NCBI GenBank assembly: GCA_024679065.1
Contig: JAGIQG010000006.1
Location: 8,308,001 to 8,372,000, forward strand
Length of the DNA: 64,000 nt
Origin: Sphyrna mokarran
Taxonomy: Eukaryota
Direction: 5' to 3'
The notes beneath the pieces are model-generated. The model made no database searches, was not told the DNA's origin, and saw nothing but the letters and a program-made list of their open reading frames with translations. Position 1 is the stretch's first letter. Every line of letters begins with the position of its first letter. Of the stretch, positions 62,321 to 64,000 are shown piece by piece. The translations under genes and the position numbers were made by a program.

Positions 62321-64000
62321 AATCACCCATTAACCTTTTATATTCCAGCAAATGTAACCCTTGGGTATGTTGTGATCTTTCCTTCCAAGGAAAACTTGGA
62401 TTCAGATATCAGTCTGCAAAATCTACACTTCCTCCAAGACCAATATAGCTTTCCTAATCTGCGGTGCTCCTGAACTGTTCAGATTCTGTCCAGCTGTGAG
62501 CTTTGTACAGTTCAATCATGATCCCCTTATATTCTAATCCTCTGGATATAAAGGCCAGCATTTCATTCACCTGTATTTGATAATTTTCTGTTCATATCTA
62601 TGATATTTTAATGAGTACATTTGACATATTCTGAGCAATTTTCTGCCCTGGGTCTAAGGAAGGACCTGCTGGCCCTGGGGAGGATTCAGAGAATCCATCA
62701 CGCAAACCAGCCTCCCATCCATTGACTCTGTCTACACTTCCCACTGCCTCGGCAAAGCAGCCGGAATAATGAAGGACCCTGGATATTCTCTCTTCCACCT
62801 TTGGAAAAAGAAACAAAAGTCTGAGGTCCCGTACCAACAGACTCAAGGACAGCTTCTTCCCTGCTGCTGTCAAACTTTTGAATCGACTTACCTTGCATTA
62901 AGTTGGGCCTTCTCTACACCCTCGCTATGCATGTGTCTCTACATTCTGCAATCTCTCATTTCCTCCTGCAGGAACAGTATGTTTTTACTGTGTCATGCAT
63001 AAGAAGCAATACTTTTCACTATGTTAAAGCATGTGGCAATAAAAATGAACCAAATCAAAAGGAGGTTCACAAGAATGATCCCGGGAATGAAAAGCTTGAC
63101 CTATGAGGAGTGTCTGAGGACTCTGGGTCAGTACTCGATGGAGTTTACAAGGAGGAGGAGATGACACTCACCACAAGGTGGAAATCCACCTCTGGCCGTG
63201 TTGGTCACAGCCAATCATTCAGTGTCTATTGACTCACTCAGCGCTGTTTCCAGATGTGGTCATTGGGACCAGGTTATTTGTGTTGGAATAATAAAGGTTC
63301 ACCTCCATCTCAGCCCCTTACTGGGAATTGACCTGGTCTTAACTTTTCACAGTGCAGAAGAGGGCATTCAGCCCATTAAAGCCACATGGACTTTTACCCA
63401 GACTTAACGCATAACCCTCATAATTATTCCAACACATGTTTGGGCACCAAAAGGCTCTAAGTGCTGAATTTGTGGGAAAACTGTTGTAATTCACGATTGT
63501 TTTTCCAGTGGGAGTTGACACTCAAATCTCCCACACTCTGTGCAATGCAGTGTCCACTATTAAGAACATCATTAAAAGTTCAGGGGGATGGAGCCGATCC
63601 ATGCAAAAGTCTGTCAGTTCTGGAACTCTGTCAAGGAGCAATGGCCCTGAGCTCTCAGCCTACAGTTTGCTGGCTGGCGATTGAGCTAACCAGCCTGGGT
63701 TCCTCACAGTGCTGCTCCTCCAGCCATCCGCCCACAGCCTGATCGCGGACCCCACAAGAATTCATGGGTCAGCCTCGACCCTGTCATCATCCAGGAGTGC
63801 CCCAATCTCCACTCTCACCTACCCCCAGCAGTGACGATCCCTCTTTGGCAGATCCAGTCCCCTCGGGAGGCAGACACCCCACCTCCCAGGAGACCCCACT
63901 CTCAGCAGATTGCCCATGGGAGGCAGACTCACCTGACAGAACACCCCTCTCCCCCCGGCTCGACCTGTTCACTGACCTCCCTCCAGCCCCAATCGATCAC

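Larger units (their letters stand above)
39911..63565. repeat. Tandem segmental duplication unit 2 (~23.7 kb)
   Basis: Copy of unit 1; lacks the 20114-22160 CR1, has extra ~57545-60440, and lacks ~38710-39505. Confidence 0.93.

Overview
Vertebrate genomic DNA, most likely from a shark or other cartilaginous fish. This is inferred from dense HER1/CR1-type LINEs with (TTCTATG)n/(TTCTTTG)n tails and HE1/V-SINE-type SINEs. The only host genes are three tandem minus-strand Ig-superfamily receptor genes that closely resemble Siglec-15 but have a leader-V-V-C2/TM layout. Gene A (exons 27494 to 9557, 3' end probably outside the window) has an uncharged TM and a tail built from three homologous 69-nt exons, one encoding a canonical ITIM (LDYAVI), so it is inhibitory-type. 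Gene B (exons 49182 to 36825) has almost the same leader and V domains but a TM arginine and no ITIM exons, so it is activating-type. Gene C (only its C2/TM exon, 61836 to 61463, is in the window) is B-like, frameshifted, and has Arg changed to Gln. A ~23.7-kb tandem duplication (about 16166-39910 and 39911-63565) makes B look like an unequal-crossover chimera of an A-type ectodomain and a C-type membrane exon. All 13 differing V-domain codons between A and B change the amino acid. The rest is transposon debris (CR1, a second CR1/L2-like LINE, Rex1-like, Penelope, PIF/Harbinger, SINEs). Exon boundaries were read by hand from GT/AG signals and phase. Family assignments rest on motif recognition from memory, not database searches. 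TE coordinates are approximate.
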